From the NCBI GenBank assembly GCA_951406725.2, contig OX597819.1:84940001-85004000 (forward strand): a stretch of 64,000 bases of DNA, given 5' to 3'. The notes under the pieces are model-generated. The model was not told the origin of the DNA. It did not search any database and worked only from the letters and a program-made list of their open reading frames with translations. Shown in pieces: positions 25,726 through 38,571 of this stretch (positions within the stretch are counted from its first letter, which is position 1; each line of letters starts with the position of its first letter). Made by a program: the position numbers and the translations under genes. This DNA is from Octopus vulgaris. Lineage: Eukaryota.

Positions 25726-25794
25726 GCATGTATGTGTATGTATATATACAAAAAATACATAAATTTAGATCTATTTATATATATCAATTTAAAC

Positions 25795-25861
<67 letters not shown>

Positions 25862-25862
25862 T
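25540..25862. repeat. ~320-bp palindrome built from microsatellites and a unique AT-rich arm
   Basis: (TC)n-(TA)n-(CA)n-ACGTTTAAATTGAT...AGATCTAAATTTATGTAT is mirrored in reverse complement. Confidence 0.85.
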
Positions 25863-26403
25863 TGATAGCTGTAAATTGAGAGAAAGAGAAAGATTGCTGG
25901 TAGCGTAGATAAAGGAAAGCATGATTAAAAGGAATAGCCTAGACACTGTCACAGACGTCAGCTGTTCTTAAATATCTTTGTTGTTCTTCTCTCTGATTTT
26001 ATTAGAAAGGGAAACATGTTCATTAATCATATTCTCCTACTGGTTTCAGTCATTGGATTATGCTCATGCTGGAGCACCGGGTTAAATTGTTAACTGAATG
26101 TCTTTGTAAATCTTGAAAGAGATGGAATACGATTCACTATTATTGAATAAAACACTTTGTGCATGATAAATTGATGGGATTTTCGTAGCACTACAATTGG
26201 AGTTGTAATATTTATTATTATAAGATTGACTAGAGAATGTACTGCTTATTCTTTTGTTATGAAATGTAATAGATTCTTATTTTAGTGTGCTTACATCTTC
26301 TTGTCTGTTAATAAAAAATGTTCTTCTCATTATTTGTAGTATTGATGTTCTTTTGTGAAATGTCCAGACTCTTGCTGCAAGTTTTATTATGTATTTGTTA
26401 TAG

Positions 26404-26545
26404 GATTGAATTTTTGGATTGGGAACATGTTACAACACTTGTGAATGTATCTATGAGGAGTGAAGGGACGCTATCTGGTTACAAGGGATACTGTGTAATG
26501 GGGACTAATTTCTCACTAGGAGAAGAAGTACAATCTCGCGGTCGG
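26404..26545 (+). CDS. CPSF1: CPSF1 coding exon
   Basis: (K)IEFLDWEHVTTLVNVSMRSEGTLSGYKGYCVMGTNFSLGEEVQSRGR; GTAAGT donor. Confidence 0.96.
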
Positions 26546-26623
26546 GTAAGTAAATGTAAAACATTTAATTTTAGGTGACATTTAATATTTTTTTTGATTC
26601 ATTATCATCATCATCATCATCAT

Positions 26624-26665
<42 letters not shown>

Positions 26666-27301
26666 TCCTCATCATCATATATATACATATATATAGTCTG
26701 GTTCTCTGTTGATTACGATGGCAATTGTTCCAGTTGCTTTGATTAACCGAACAGTCCACTCATGAAATTAATATGTTAGTGGCTGAGCGCTCTGCAGGCA
26801 CATGTAGTCTCCAGGGAGGTTCAGCATGACACAAAATGTGACAACGCTGGCCTTTGAATTATAAGTACAGCTCATTTTTGCCAGCTGAGTGGACTGGAGC
26901 AATGAGAAATAAAGTACCTTGCTCAAGGAAACAATGCACCACTAGTTATTGAAGTCATGACCTTACAATCATGAGCCAAATATCCTAGCCACTAAGTCAC
27001 AGGCCTTCATGCACACACGCACATGCACACACACACACACACACACACTCACATTAGTAAGAAGGAATGTTTGAATTATAAATACCATGATCTAATGTAA
27101 TACATGCTTTGCCTATTCATTCTTTCTCTCTAATATATATCTGCTTGCTCAATGATGAACCACTTATAGCCATTCTTTGCTAGGCAGCTACAACACCACT
27201 TTTGCTTTAGTTGCAGTTCAAGACAGAGTTTTAGTAGCAAGTCAACCTGAGCACTTACTGTATATGCATATTACATTACATCATTAGACACAATTTTATT
27301 G

Positions 27302-27380
<79 letters not shown>

Positions 27381-27418
27381 AAAATTTAATAGTAATTACT
27401 TTTTCTTCTAATTTTCAG

Positions 27419-27487
27419 ATAATAATTTTTGATATCATTGAGGTAGTCCCCGAACCAGGGCAGCCTTTAACTAAAAATAAAATCAAG
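27419..27487 (+). CDS. CPSF1: CPSF1 coding exon
   Basis: [23 protein letters not shown], containing the hallmark [14 protein letters not shown] motif; TTTCAG acceptor, GTGAGT donor. Confidence 0.97.
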
Positions 27488-28135
27488 GTGAGTTTTAAAA
27501 GATTCTGTGATAACTTCTTTTCTACTTTTCATCATCTTCATCATTTAATATCCATGTTCTGTGCTGGCATGGGATGGATGATTTAACAGGAGCTGCTGGG
27601 TACAAGGACTGTATTATGCTCCAGTGTTTCCCTTAGCATGGTTTCTGTGGCTGAATGCCCTTCCTAATGCCACGCCAACCATTTTATAGTGTATGCTTGG
27701 TGCTTATTTCATGCCACCAGCACTAGTAAGGCTGTTTGCTAGACTATGAACCTGATGAGATAACTTTATGTTAAGAGATGAAGGCCAAAAGATGGGTAAA
27801 AATATGAGAGAATGGTTCAGAGCAAAACAAGTTTTTTGCTGTAGAGGAGCTGCATGTCTACTCATATTTTAAGTTGATATATTTCAAAATCAAAATATTT
27901 AACCATCTGCCTACTTACATGAAGTTTTTGTGAGAACCTAAAGGCAAAACATATGAATTCAAATAGATTTCAGTATCTTTTTGCATGGTACATGTTGCAA
28001 AAGTTAAATATGAAATGTTAAGTATCATTTACATATTGATACTTAATGTTAATTATCATTTACATATTGCTATATTGTAAGACAATCTTATTTCTAGGAT
28101 TCTTTTTTAAATGTTGTGTCACTATTTCTTCTTAG

Positions 28136-28219
28136 GTAATCTATGAAAAAGAACAAAAAGGACCTGTGACAGCTCTTGCACAAGTTGAAGGCTTCTTATT
28201 ATCTGCAATTGGTCAGAAG
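28136..28219 (+). CDS. CPSF1: CPSF1 coding exon
   Basis: [28 protein letters not shown]; AG/GT boundaries, phase 0. Confidence 0.97.
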
Positions 28220-28476
28220 GTAATCTTCAGCTCTTTTAATCCATATGTTGTATTTCTTTCTGTAAGCTTTAAAAGCAAAATAATCTCTCCTTTTCTTTCT
28301 TGTGACTAGAGTAAATTTCTAACCTATTTGCCCATAATCATCTCTTCCATACTTCAGTTTTATCAAAATTTATTATGAAGTTTTCAGTAATATGGTCAGT
28401 AAGTGCTATTTCAGAGGCTATAGAAATACAGGCATTCTGAAATATTTTAGAAAAATATAATGTAAACAACATAGAG

Positions 28477-28624
28477 CAGGCATGGGCAACCTGTTTTTGA
28501 GAAGAGGGCTGCATGAAACATGGTTCATTATCAGATAGGACATGCTACTAAAAAAACTTGAGGTAATTTTTTTGTTAGGCATGCCATTCAGAAAGTTTCA
28601 TGGGCTGCAGTTTGCCCATGGCTA
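28477..28624. mobile_element. hAT-type MITE
   Basis: TIR CAGGCATGGGCAAC / GTTTGCCCATGGCTA; imperfect 8-bp TSD ACATAGAG / AAATAGAA. Confidence 0.65.
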
Positions 28625-29184
28625 AAATAGAAATTTGAAGCAAAGGTGGAGCAGTATGAAATTTGAATACATACAACAAAAAGGGATCCAAATACAACAG
28701 AGAAGCTTAATTGAAATTTCCTTATAAATATCAGATCTGATTTGGTTGAAAACAATCCCATACATAGGTTTATACAGCTAGTACTTCATGTTTTTTCCTG
28801 CTTATTTATCAATAAAATGAAAAGAAATCCTTAAGTGTTCAAAACATTTTCCTGTAAACTATGGGGAAGTGAAGGCCCTTGGCTTCCATCTTAAGGTTGT
28901 AAGTTTGATTTCTGGTGGTGCCTTGTGTCCTTGTTCAAGGCATTTTCTTTCATGTTGCTCCAGTCCACTCAGCTGGCAAAAATGAGTTGTACCTGTATTA
29001 CAAAGGGCCATGTCATGTCTTGGCCACTTGCACGTTAATTACATCAGAAGGCTGTTCTGTCTATCAGATCAAATGGAATCCTCATCGTTGTAACTGACAG
29101 AGTGCCTGTTTACTATGGGTCTGTAGAACAGTACTAATCAGTACTAGTCTATGTTTATTCCTGCCACAATCATACACACAAGAA

Positions 29185-29218
<34 letters not shown>

Positions 29219-29899
29219 ATATCATATCATTTTCTGGTAGGGTGGTATTCTAAATATCTTCTGACACATTTATTGGTTTCCTCAGTCATAGTTTTTTATA
29301 GATTTATTCAAAAAACTATATTAAAAAAAATCCTTTTCTTGTATATAATCTCAAGCTAATTTTTTTGTGGGTCCTGGTGTTAATCTCGAAAACTTATGGA
29401 TTTTTACAGCTTGGAGTCCTTCACTATGTTTGTTTATACCTATGGAAATAAATTACTTGCTTGTTTTCATTATTACTTTCACTGCTGTTCACATCTTTGG
29501 TAAAATAAGAAATATGTTCTACATCACTAGAGAGAAAAATCAGAAAATTAATGTGTTATTTTTGAAAAAAATTGCAAGAACTCCCTCTCTCCCTCAAATG
29601 AACCAGTTATTAATAACATTTGTTAAAAAGTGTTTTTTAGTTGCTTGAAATTTAAAATATCCATTACAGTTAAGTATATAAACTAATAAAATAAGTTTTA
29701 GTATGAAAGGTGTAATCTATCGAGCGAGCATTTTCTTTGCACATTTTATTTTGTTAGGGTTTGTCACCTATGTCACAAGTTATTTGTGATCAGGAACAGA
29801 GAGGTTGACTAACACAGTATTCCTAATATATGTAACAATACCACACATTTGTTTCCTGTTTTAAAATCATCTAATCTATCTTACTTTATACTTTTTCAG

Positions 29900-30076
29900 C
29901 TTTATATTTGGACATTGAAAGATAATGATCTCTCAGGAGTGGCTTTCATTGATACATACATTTATATTCATACCCTTAGTACATTAAAAAATATCATTTT
30001 GGCTGGAGATTTGTTGAAAAGTGTTTCTGTCTATCGATATCAAGAAGAGCTGAAAGTTTTGTCATTAGTCAGCAGA
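29900..30076 (+). CDS. CPSF1: CPSF1 coding exon
   Basis: LYIWTLKDNDLSGVAFIDTYIYIH...KSVSVYRYQEELKVLSLVSR; lies inside ORF 29849..30184; GTAAGT donor. Confidence 0.97.
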
Positions 30077-31674
30077 GTAAGTAGACAGTTTTTAAATTAT
30101 AGGAGTGGTTTGAATTTTTCTTTTTTTTGTTTTGTTGTTTTTTTGTTAATTTTATGCATCTGTCTGACACAGGACAAGCATTAGAGGCTGTGAGAAAGAA
30201 TCCCTCTGAAATCTTTTAATGAATAATTTCTCCTATGAATTCACAATCACTGAGGATCTCTCTTGGTGAAAGCACATCCTTAGTGTAGCTAGGAATACAT
30301 CCCAATAATTGACTCTTCTCTTCAGGCCTAGAAAATACTTCGTCTTCCCATGGTGATTGACACTCTATAAAGCTGGATGATGCACACACATGCATGTGCA
30401 CGGGATCAGCTGAACCCAGAACCATGTGGTTGGAAAACAAATTTCTTACCTCAAAGCCACACCTGTGCCTATTGTTTTGCTATATACTATAATGCTTGAG
30501 TTTGTTTGCAACATTGACTTTATTAATCATACATTATTGCATAAGTTTTTATGATAGTTGTTCAGGCTCAGTGTCTGTTTTGGCATGGCTTCTACAGCTG
30601 GATGCCCTTCCTAATGCCAACCACTCTACAGAATGTAGTGGGTACTTTTATGAAGAACCCAGTACACTGTAAAGTGGTTGGCATTAAGAAGGGCATCCAG
30701 CCATGGAAACCATGTCAAAACAGACAGAGAACCTGGGCAGCTCTTCAGCTGGCCAGCTCTTCAGCTGGCCAGCTCCTGTCAAACCATCCAACCCATGCCA
30801 GCATGGAAAATGGACGTTAAATGATGCCGCTGCTGCTGCCGCCATCAATTGTATATTTTTAGGTGTGAGAGGCCAGATTATAACAGTTTGAAAACAAAAC
30901 AAGTAGACTATTTGGGCCAGATATGGCCAGTTTAAATGCTAAAGGGTTAAAATGCATGTGTGTGTTGGTGAGAATTGCCGTTGCTTTTTTTAACTTTACC
31001 ATGTTTGCATTGGTCAGATGGGATTTGTTGAGATTTTTTTTATTGCTGGATGTCCATCCTTTTGCCAGCCCTCACCTGTTTACAAACAAAGTAATATTTC
31101 CCTGGGATCAGTCTCATTTTCATGGAAGACAGGGAAATTAGGGACTCTGCTTGTATGACTGGGACACTCATTTATAAATATCCCATGATGTCAGGGAGAT
31201 ATAAATATGCACACACACACACACACACACACACATGTATGAGGACCTTCTTTCAGTTTCCATCTACCAAATTCTCTCACATGGCCTTTGTCAGCATGCG
31301 GTGACAGTAAAAAACATTTGCCCAAGTTGCCATGCAGTGGGACTGAACCCAAAACTATGTGGTTGGGAAGCAAACTTCTAACCACACTGCCATGTCTGTA
31401 CCAATATGTCTATGTGTGTCTGTCTGTGTGTGTATGTTATATTGAAGAAATATGTGTATTTGATAATGTCTAATTTTTGTGTAGTTATGAAGCATACATT
31501 GTGACAGCTTATTTTGGTTCTCTTTCTATAGCCCTAATTTTTATGTTACTATGATATGTAACAGATTATTGTTTTTCATATTCAACTATAAGTTTTTTTT
31601 TTTAGCAGTCTGCCACTTTTGACACACCTTTGGACTGTAGCTGGCATAGGTATATATTTTAACAATTTGAAAAT

Positions 31675-32430
31675 ACAAGTGATTGAGACCTTTGGTAATA
31701 TGCCACGTTTAAGAAGACTCGTCAGGCCAAGTGAAATCGTAGTTGTGGCCGATGCCAGTGTTACATAACTGGTATCTGTGCTGGTGGCATGTAAAAAGCA
31801 CCCATTACACTCTTGGATGGTTGGCATTAGGAAAGGCATCCAACCTTAGAAATCATGCTAAATCAGATTGGATTTTGGTGCAGCTCTCCAGCTTATCAGT
31901 TTCAGTTAAACAATTTACCCTATGCCAGCTGGGAAAGCAAACGCTAAATGATGATGAGTCCAGCTTCCGTGCCAGTGGAACATAAAAGGCCCCATTCAAT
32001 TGTGATCGTTACCAGCGTTGCCTTACTGGCACTTGTGCTCCATGATAGTAGGGTGCTAAGAGCACCATCCAAGCGTGATCGTTGCCAGAGCAGCTAACTG
32101 GCTTCCATGCCGGTGGCATGTAAAAGGCACCATTTGAGCGTGATCGTTACCAGCATCGCCTTACTGGCACCTGTGCTGGTGACATGTGTAAAAAGATTCA
32201 ACCAAGGTCGTTACCAGTACCGTCTGACTGGCCCCCGTGCCGGTGACATGTAAAAGCACCCACTACACTCTTGGAGTGGTTGGCGTTAGGAAGGGCATCC
32301 AGCTGTAGAAACTCTGTCAGATCAAGATTAGAGCCTGGTGCAGCCATCTGGTTTGCCAGCCCTCAGTCAAATTGTCCAACCCATGCTAGCATGGAAAGTG
32401 AACTTTAAACGATGATGATGATGATGATGA
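31675..32430 (+). mobile_element. Two stacked RTE 3' UTR fragments
   Basis: AAAAGCACCC...AGGGCATCCAGCTGTAGAAAC...(GAT)n motifs occur twice. Confidence 0.75.
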
Positions 32431-33499
32431 TATGCTGCTGATATTATTTAAACTTGTATTCTATATTTCATTAGTTTAAATCATGACAGAGATATTGCAC
32501 TGTATCATATATGAAGTCACATAGCCCATTTCATGTGTCTTACTTAGGTGGGAAACAAGTTTTTAGTGGCAAGCATTGCAGCCAATTGTAAAATGCTTTT
32601 TCATGGATACCACACAAAAAGCTAGCTAGAATTTGTTAATGAATTTAGTACAAATATAGATGTAAATGCACTGTTGTTTATTTTGAAGAAATTATTTGTT
32701 GCTGTTGATTAATTATTAGGTGCAGGTATGGGTGTATGGTTAAGAAACTTGCTTCCCAACCATGTGGGAAGCAAAGTGTTGTTCTAATGCACAGTACCTT
32801 GAACAAGTGTCTTCTACAATAGCCTTGGGACTGACCAAAGCCTTGTGAGTGGATTTGGTAGATGGAAATTGAAAGCAGCCCATTATATGTATCTACATGT
32901 ATATATGTGTGTGCATCCAGTCGACATTGTCAAGTGGTTAGCGTTTGGAAGGGCATCCAGCTGTAAAAACCTTGCCAAAACTGACCTTGCTTGTGCTTGT
33001 GCCTTGTAAAAAGCACTCAGTCCACTCTGCTGGGTGGTTGGTGTTAGGAAGGGCATCCAGCTATAAAAACCATGCCAAAACAGATACAGAAGTCCGGTGC
33101 AGGCTCCTGCCTGGCTAGCTTTTGTCAAACTGTCCAACCCATGGAAAGTGGATGCTAAACGATGCTAAACTGTCCAACCCATGGAAAGTGGATGTTAAAC
33201 GATGACGACGACGACGATGTGTGTCTCTGTGTCTGTATTTGTCCTCTTCCATGGCTTCATAATTGGTGTTGGTTTGTTTATGTCCATGTAACTTAACAGT
33301 TTGGCAGAATAGACCAATAGAATAAATACAAGGTTTAAAAAACAAGAAAGTACTGAAGTCAGTTTATTTGTCTAAACCTGTCAAAATGGTGCTCCAGTAT
33401 GACCATTGTCCAATGATGGTAACAAGTATATAAAAAAAGAAGAAAATTTAAACAAAATTCTTTTTTCAGTGAATATTAAAATTTATATGAGTTATTAAC

Positions 33500-33790
33500 A
33501 GTGTGGGCCGAAGCCAGTGCCGCCTCGACTGGCTTCCGTGCAGGTGGCATGTAAAATGCACCAATCTGACCGTGGCCGATGCCAGCCTCGCCTGGCACCA
33601 GTGCAGGTGACACGTAAAAAGCACCCACTACACTCACGGAGTGGTTGGCATTAGGAAGGGCATCCAGCTGTAGAAACATTGCCAGATAAGACTGGAGCCT
33701 GGTGCAGCCTTCTGGCTTCCCAAATCCCCGGTCGAACTGTCCAACCCATGCTAGCATGGAGAACGGACGTTAAACGATGATGATGATGAT
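33500..33790 (+). mobile_element. RTE 3' UTR fragment
   Basis: Highly similar to 50960-51260; (GAT)n tail. Confidence 0.8.
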
Positions 33791-34139
33791 TAAAGAGTTT
33801 TTTTCCATTTGATTTAAAAATCATTAAGCATCTAAGATAGAGCAGCTATGACCATTGTACTTTTGGGGTTGGAGTTGGAAGTTCTGCATATCCATTGAAC
33901 CAATTTTTTTATACAGGTGTGATGTGAGGAACATTTAACTGCTATATCTCACAGGTTGAGTGATTATGTAGAGGCTCCATTGTTGGCTTGTTGCTGCTAA
34001 GTAGCAACACTCAGCTCAGCTGATTCAGCAGACATGTGAGTGACATGAAGGTAGTTGATTGAGCACTTTTGAGTAATATGTTAGTCCAACACTCTTAGCC
34101 CCTTTTGTTATCATATTTCTATTTAAGTACCCTACCTTT

Positions 34140-34515
34140 AATAAATCTCTGAGAAAGGTATAAACAGTAGCTGCACGACATCATGAAATATATTTGCCAC
34201 TTAAATGCGGTTAACCCCTAAGAGGAGGCGCAATGGCCCAGTGGTTAGGGTAGCGGACTCGCGGTCTGAGAATTGTGGTTTCAATTCCCAGACCGGGTGT
34301 TGTGTGTGTTTATTGAGCGAAAACACCTAAAGCTTCTCCCATCTTGCAAGCTCTGGGACCATTCACTCAACAGCAACAGCAGCAACAGTAACCCCTAAGG
34401 GTGGATGCTACTGTAGCTTGTAGCCCCTGGAGGAGGTGTCCTCCTGGGGCTACAAGCTACAGTAGTATCCACCCTTAGGGGTTAGCCACATTTAAGTGGC
34501 AAATATATTTCACGA
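34140..34515. mobile_element. Hairpin insertion with 12-bp TSD inside a piggyBac-like MITE
   Basis: TSD TACCCTACCTTT at 34128-34139 and 34516-34527; near-perfect inverted arms of about 75 bp. Confidence 0.8.
34223..34388 (+). mobile_element. Short tRNA-derived SINE with 11-bp TSD, nested in the hairpin arm
   Basis: TSD TAACCCCTAAG at 34212-34222 and 34389-34399; A box TGGCCCAGTGG, B-box-like GGTTTCAATTCC; (CAG/CAA)n tail. Confidence 0.85.
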
Positions 34516-34975
34516 TACCCTACCTTTGTTTCAGCTAATTTAGACAATTATGAAGAATTTGGTAAAATAAGTTTGTCATTATTTTAGTTGGTGTTGAGAA
34601 CATAAATTAACATGGAATTTTGAAGGAAGGTTTTAATTTAGATTACTTTAAGACAGGAAGTTTGTATCATTGAACTGGAGGTGATCTTGGAGAGGTTGGA
34701 ACCAAAAAGATTAATATGAATTACTTTCGACTGATTTCGAAGCACATTGCTCTTTGACATGCAGTGGTTGGCTGTGTTCTTACAATATGGATGGCAGCCT
34801 TGTTGCACGTGTTATTGTTACTGTCACAATCAATGGCTTCATCACTGTTATTTCTGTTGTCCTCTCAGCAGTGTTATTAAACATCACCATTGTTATTGTA
34901 ATTGTCATCAATTTAAATTAACCATTTATTTCTTTTATTGACCTTCATTTTTTTTTTCTTTTAATTTTCCGTCAG

Positions 34976-35042
34976 GATATTCGTCCCATGGAAGTTTATA
35001 CTGTTGACTTTATGGTAGACAATGTTGATCTTTGCTTCGTTG
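34976..35042 (+). CDS. CPSF1: CPSF1 coding exon
   Basis: DIRPMEVYTVDFMVDNVDLCFV + G (human [22 protein letters not shown]); GTAGGT donor, phase 1. Confidence 0.95.
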
Positions 35043-35451
35043 GTAGGTAATATTTTTGTCTTTCTGAGGTATTTTGAGAGTGATAGACTGTTTCCAAAAT
35101 CAATTTTAAAGATAAAATCTGCTGTTAGTTGAAATGAAATTGTGTAATTTAAATCACTTTATAAAGTACTTTCACTTTGAAAATTTTTCATAAAGAATAA
35201 AACTTTGAATTTAGACCAGATATTGGGAGCTCAAAGGAATTCTAGTTGAACTTAGTAACTATAAAAATAACAAAACCCTCAGTAAGAATTTATGTATATT
35301 TTGACAAATGTAAGATTGATGGATATCTTTTTGACAAGGAATTGTATTTTGCCCTTGTTGGTTTGGTGGAAACTTTGACAGCATTGATTGAGTTTGATTG
35401 TCCATTCTAGAAGTTAGTGAAAATGTCAGTGGTTGACTGAATGAGCAAATA

Positions 35452-35674
35452 TTAACCCTTTAATATTTAAACAAGCCATACCTGGCCCAAATATTCTTGT
35501 TTTATGTTCAAACCAGCTAGATGTAACCTTTCGCACCTACTCAAGAATTTCATTCTAAAAATAAACAATCATGTCATCAAAATCTCGAAGCCACGAAATA
35601 TTGCATGATTAATTCAAAACAGTATGAGTCAATTAGCATTACATTTGACAGTAATCTGAATGATAAAGGGTTAA
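35452..35674. mobile_element. piggyBac-like MITE
   Basis: TTAACCCTTT...AAAGGGTTAA; homologous to 22626. Confidence 0.8.
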
Positions 35675-35845
35675 CGAGTTTTTATGGTGAAGTTTGATAA
35701 AAATATATTAATTGTTTGATTTTCAAATATATGCTTCTTAACCCCTTCACTGCAGAAATCAGATATATCCACTTGAAATTTCATCACCCTTAACTGTGGA
35801 AAGCAGTTTTATATACCAGCCTGTCTTTTTGTTGAGGAATCCTGT

Positions 35846-36073
35846 TTAACCCTTTCGTTACTGTATTTATTTTGAGATGCTCAGTGTTTCTTTCAATTAC
35901 TTTAAATATAACAAAGAATTTAGTAAAATAAAATAGTTATCATTAAGCTAGTGATAGGAACATAAATTGTGACTAAGGTTTGGTGGAAGATTTTAATTCA
36001 AAACTTATGAAAACAAGACATTTGTACTCAGAGCTAGAGCCGGTTTTGGCCGGGTTGGTAATGAAAGGGTTAA
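35846..36073. mobile_element. piggyBac-like MITE (second subfamily)
   Basis: TTAACCCTTTCGTTAC...AATGAAAGGGTTAA; homologous to about 4618-4810. Confidence 0.8.
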
Positions 36074-37394
36074 AATTAGTTTTCATTGAGGTATGTCAAG
36101 TTTATTGAGATACTGGGATTTGCAGACAAGACCAATTCTATTTTGTTGATGGATATCTAATGTCATTAGTGGAATAATCATGACATTTAATTTCACATTT
36201 AATGAGTCAAAGCTAGATGATGAGTTGGTTTTTCATGTCAAATGAAAATAAAAAAAAATTTAATTAAAAAGATTGAAAAATTAACTCACAGATAAAAACT
36301 AGCACAATGACTTGATTAATTAGCGTTTTGGATACCTGCATAAGTAATAAACATCTTGGTGGTACAGGAAAGTTATAGAATATTTAAAAATGATTATTTA
36401 TGCTTCTATGACAGCAAAAACCTGTCCAAACATAAGACATTTTAAAAAAATGTTGCAAATATATGATAGTGTTTCAAGATCTGAAAATCATATGATCTAT
36501 TGAGTGTTTCAGATAGACTTACTTAACATATCAGAAATGCTCAAGCTTTTTCCTTTACCACCAGTATCAGAACACCACTGAGATATAATTTATTCTACCT
36601 TTGCAGGATTCTCTCTATATGATCAGTATTATAATAGGCTGTCTAACAGTTTATATTCACCATAATCACATTTAGTGAACTCTTCTTTTCCTATACTAAC
36701 CAATATACAATCTTGTACAGTTTTTTTAGTAAGTACAATGAAGGCTATGACTTGCTGATGAGGTCATAATAATGCAGAAACCTGCTTACAGTTGTGTCCC
36801 ATATTTGATGAAAAATTAAATGACATTTAGTCATTGACTAATGTTAATTATTTTTTTTAACTGCATAACTATGTCATGTTAGGTTTTCACCCCTCCCGCC
36901 TGTGTTAGCGACATTAATAGTCTTTTTTACCCTTTTACTTATTTTGGTCATTGGACTGCAGATATATTGGAACATTGCTTTGTAGGTTCAATCATATTGA
37001 CTCTAGTACTAACTTTTTCTGTTGTTCTCCTTTGCCAAACTGTTTACTTACAGGGATGTAAACAAACCAATACTGGTGTCAGGCAGGCACTGGGAAGACA
37101 AACACAAAGACTCATACACACATATATATATACCTACACACACACACATATACATACAAATATTACTCCTTCCCTCAGTTAAAGGGTCTTGTCTTGAAAA
37201 TTATTTGGTGACTCACTGCTGCTGGTGTTATGTAAAAAGCATCCAGCGAGCCCATGCTGTAAAACCAGGTCAAAACAGACATTAGAGCTTCATGCAGTCT
37301 TCTCACTTCTCAGCTTCTGTCAAACTGTCCAACCCATGCCAGCATGGAAAACATGTTAAATGATAATGATACATAGATGGAAACCGTGTACTTG

Positions 37395-37793
37395 CCTGTT
37401 TCCCATGCTGGCATGGGCTAGATGGTTTGACTGGAACTGATAGGCTGGAAAACTGCACCAGGCTTCAGTCTTCTATTTTGGTTTGGTTTCTACAGCTGGA
37501 TGTCCTTCCTAATTACAACCACCTTACAGAGTGTATTGGGTGTCTGTTACGTGTTCCTGGCACAGGTGCCTTTTACGTGTCACTAGCAAAGGTGCGTTTT
37601 ACATGTCACCAACTCTGACCACGACCATGATTTCACTTAGCTTGACATGTCTTCTCAAACACAGCAAATTGCCAGAAGTCTTGGTCACTTGTCATCACCT
37701 CCATGAGACTTAATAACTGACGATCATATTTCACCACCTAATCCCACATCTTCTACAGGTTCCCTCCTCAACTTTGGATTGGCACTTCTTTAC
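37395..37793 (-). mobile_element. RTE 3' fragment
   Basis: RTE 3' UTR motifs, tail-to-tail with the + strand copy at about 37210-37370. Confidence 0.7.
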
Positions 37794-38481
37794 ATATATA
37801 TAAAACAATAAAAACAATGGATTATACAGTGTCGCTTCAATAGTTTCATTAAGGAAATTTATTGCATTGTAACAGTGTACAGGCTGGTTTGCATGAAGAG
37901 TGAATATCAGTGTGCTGTTAGACAGCTAGCCCGATGCAATGCTGTTGAGCTACGCTATCCAGTTGCGAGTCAATATTCACTCTGATGCAACACAGTGCAG
38001 CCTGATGAGTTGAGAGGTTCTCTGTTGTGTTTTACAGTATTTCCTAGATGTTGGACTTCATACATACCTGCCTACAGGATGTTACACTGCAATAAGAGCT
38101 GTTAATGAAATGGTTGTAACAATAGTGTGTAATCTATTTGTTTTAATTGTTAATTTTACACCATACTGTAGTTCTTTTCAACTTTGATTACCAAATACCA
38201 ATCAACTGTCTGGATTGTTTACCGGTTGATTTGTGTTTTTACCATATAGCCATTAATGTGGTGTGTTTCACTTTGATATTCCCTAAATCTTAATAGACCT
38301 TGTTTAACCTCTCTCTATCTCTCTGTATATATATATATATATATATAAAAGTTCAGTAAAATTTAGATTCAGTTGAATATGGTACTTAAGTTAAAGGTAC
38401 CAGAATTTGGTTTGGTATTATCCATATAATTCAAAATGGGGTGATTACAATCAAAATAAGCAACAACGATATCCAGAGGTA

Positions 38482-38571
38482 ATGCAGTACAATTGTTTCA
38501 TGCGACTCCAGTTAATTGAACAATGCAAATGTTACATCAGTTTTAAAATGTAAAGCAATCTTCAGCTGCAT
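38482..38571 (-). ncRNA. Minimal type I hammerhead ribozyme-like motif
   Basis: ATGCAG-CTGAAGA-TTGC...GCAT-GAAAC-AATT-GTA-CTGCAT: 6-bp stem I and palindromic loop III. Confidence 0.6.

Noticed and set aside
27750-27785. CTGATGAG hammerhead core
   Set aside because: No properly placed GAAA or closing stems.
33127-33205. 40-bp tandem duplication at an RTE tail
   Set aside because: Ordinary slippage or re-priming at a LINE 3' end; no further significance evident.
34223-34295. Functional tRNA gene (also about 22240-22315, 23640-23716, 45589-45649)
   Set aside because: A/B boxes are present, but the cloverleafs are imperfect and run into SINE or PLE sequence.
36750-36795. Hammerhead motif CTGATGAG-GTCAT...ATGCA-GAAAC
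   Set aside because: Stem II base and the stem III/cleavage triplet are broken; at most a highly decayed remnant.
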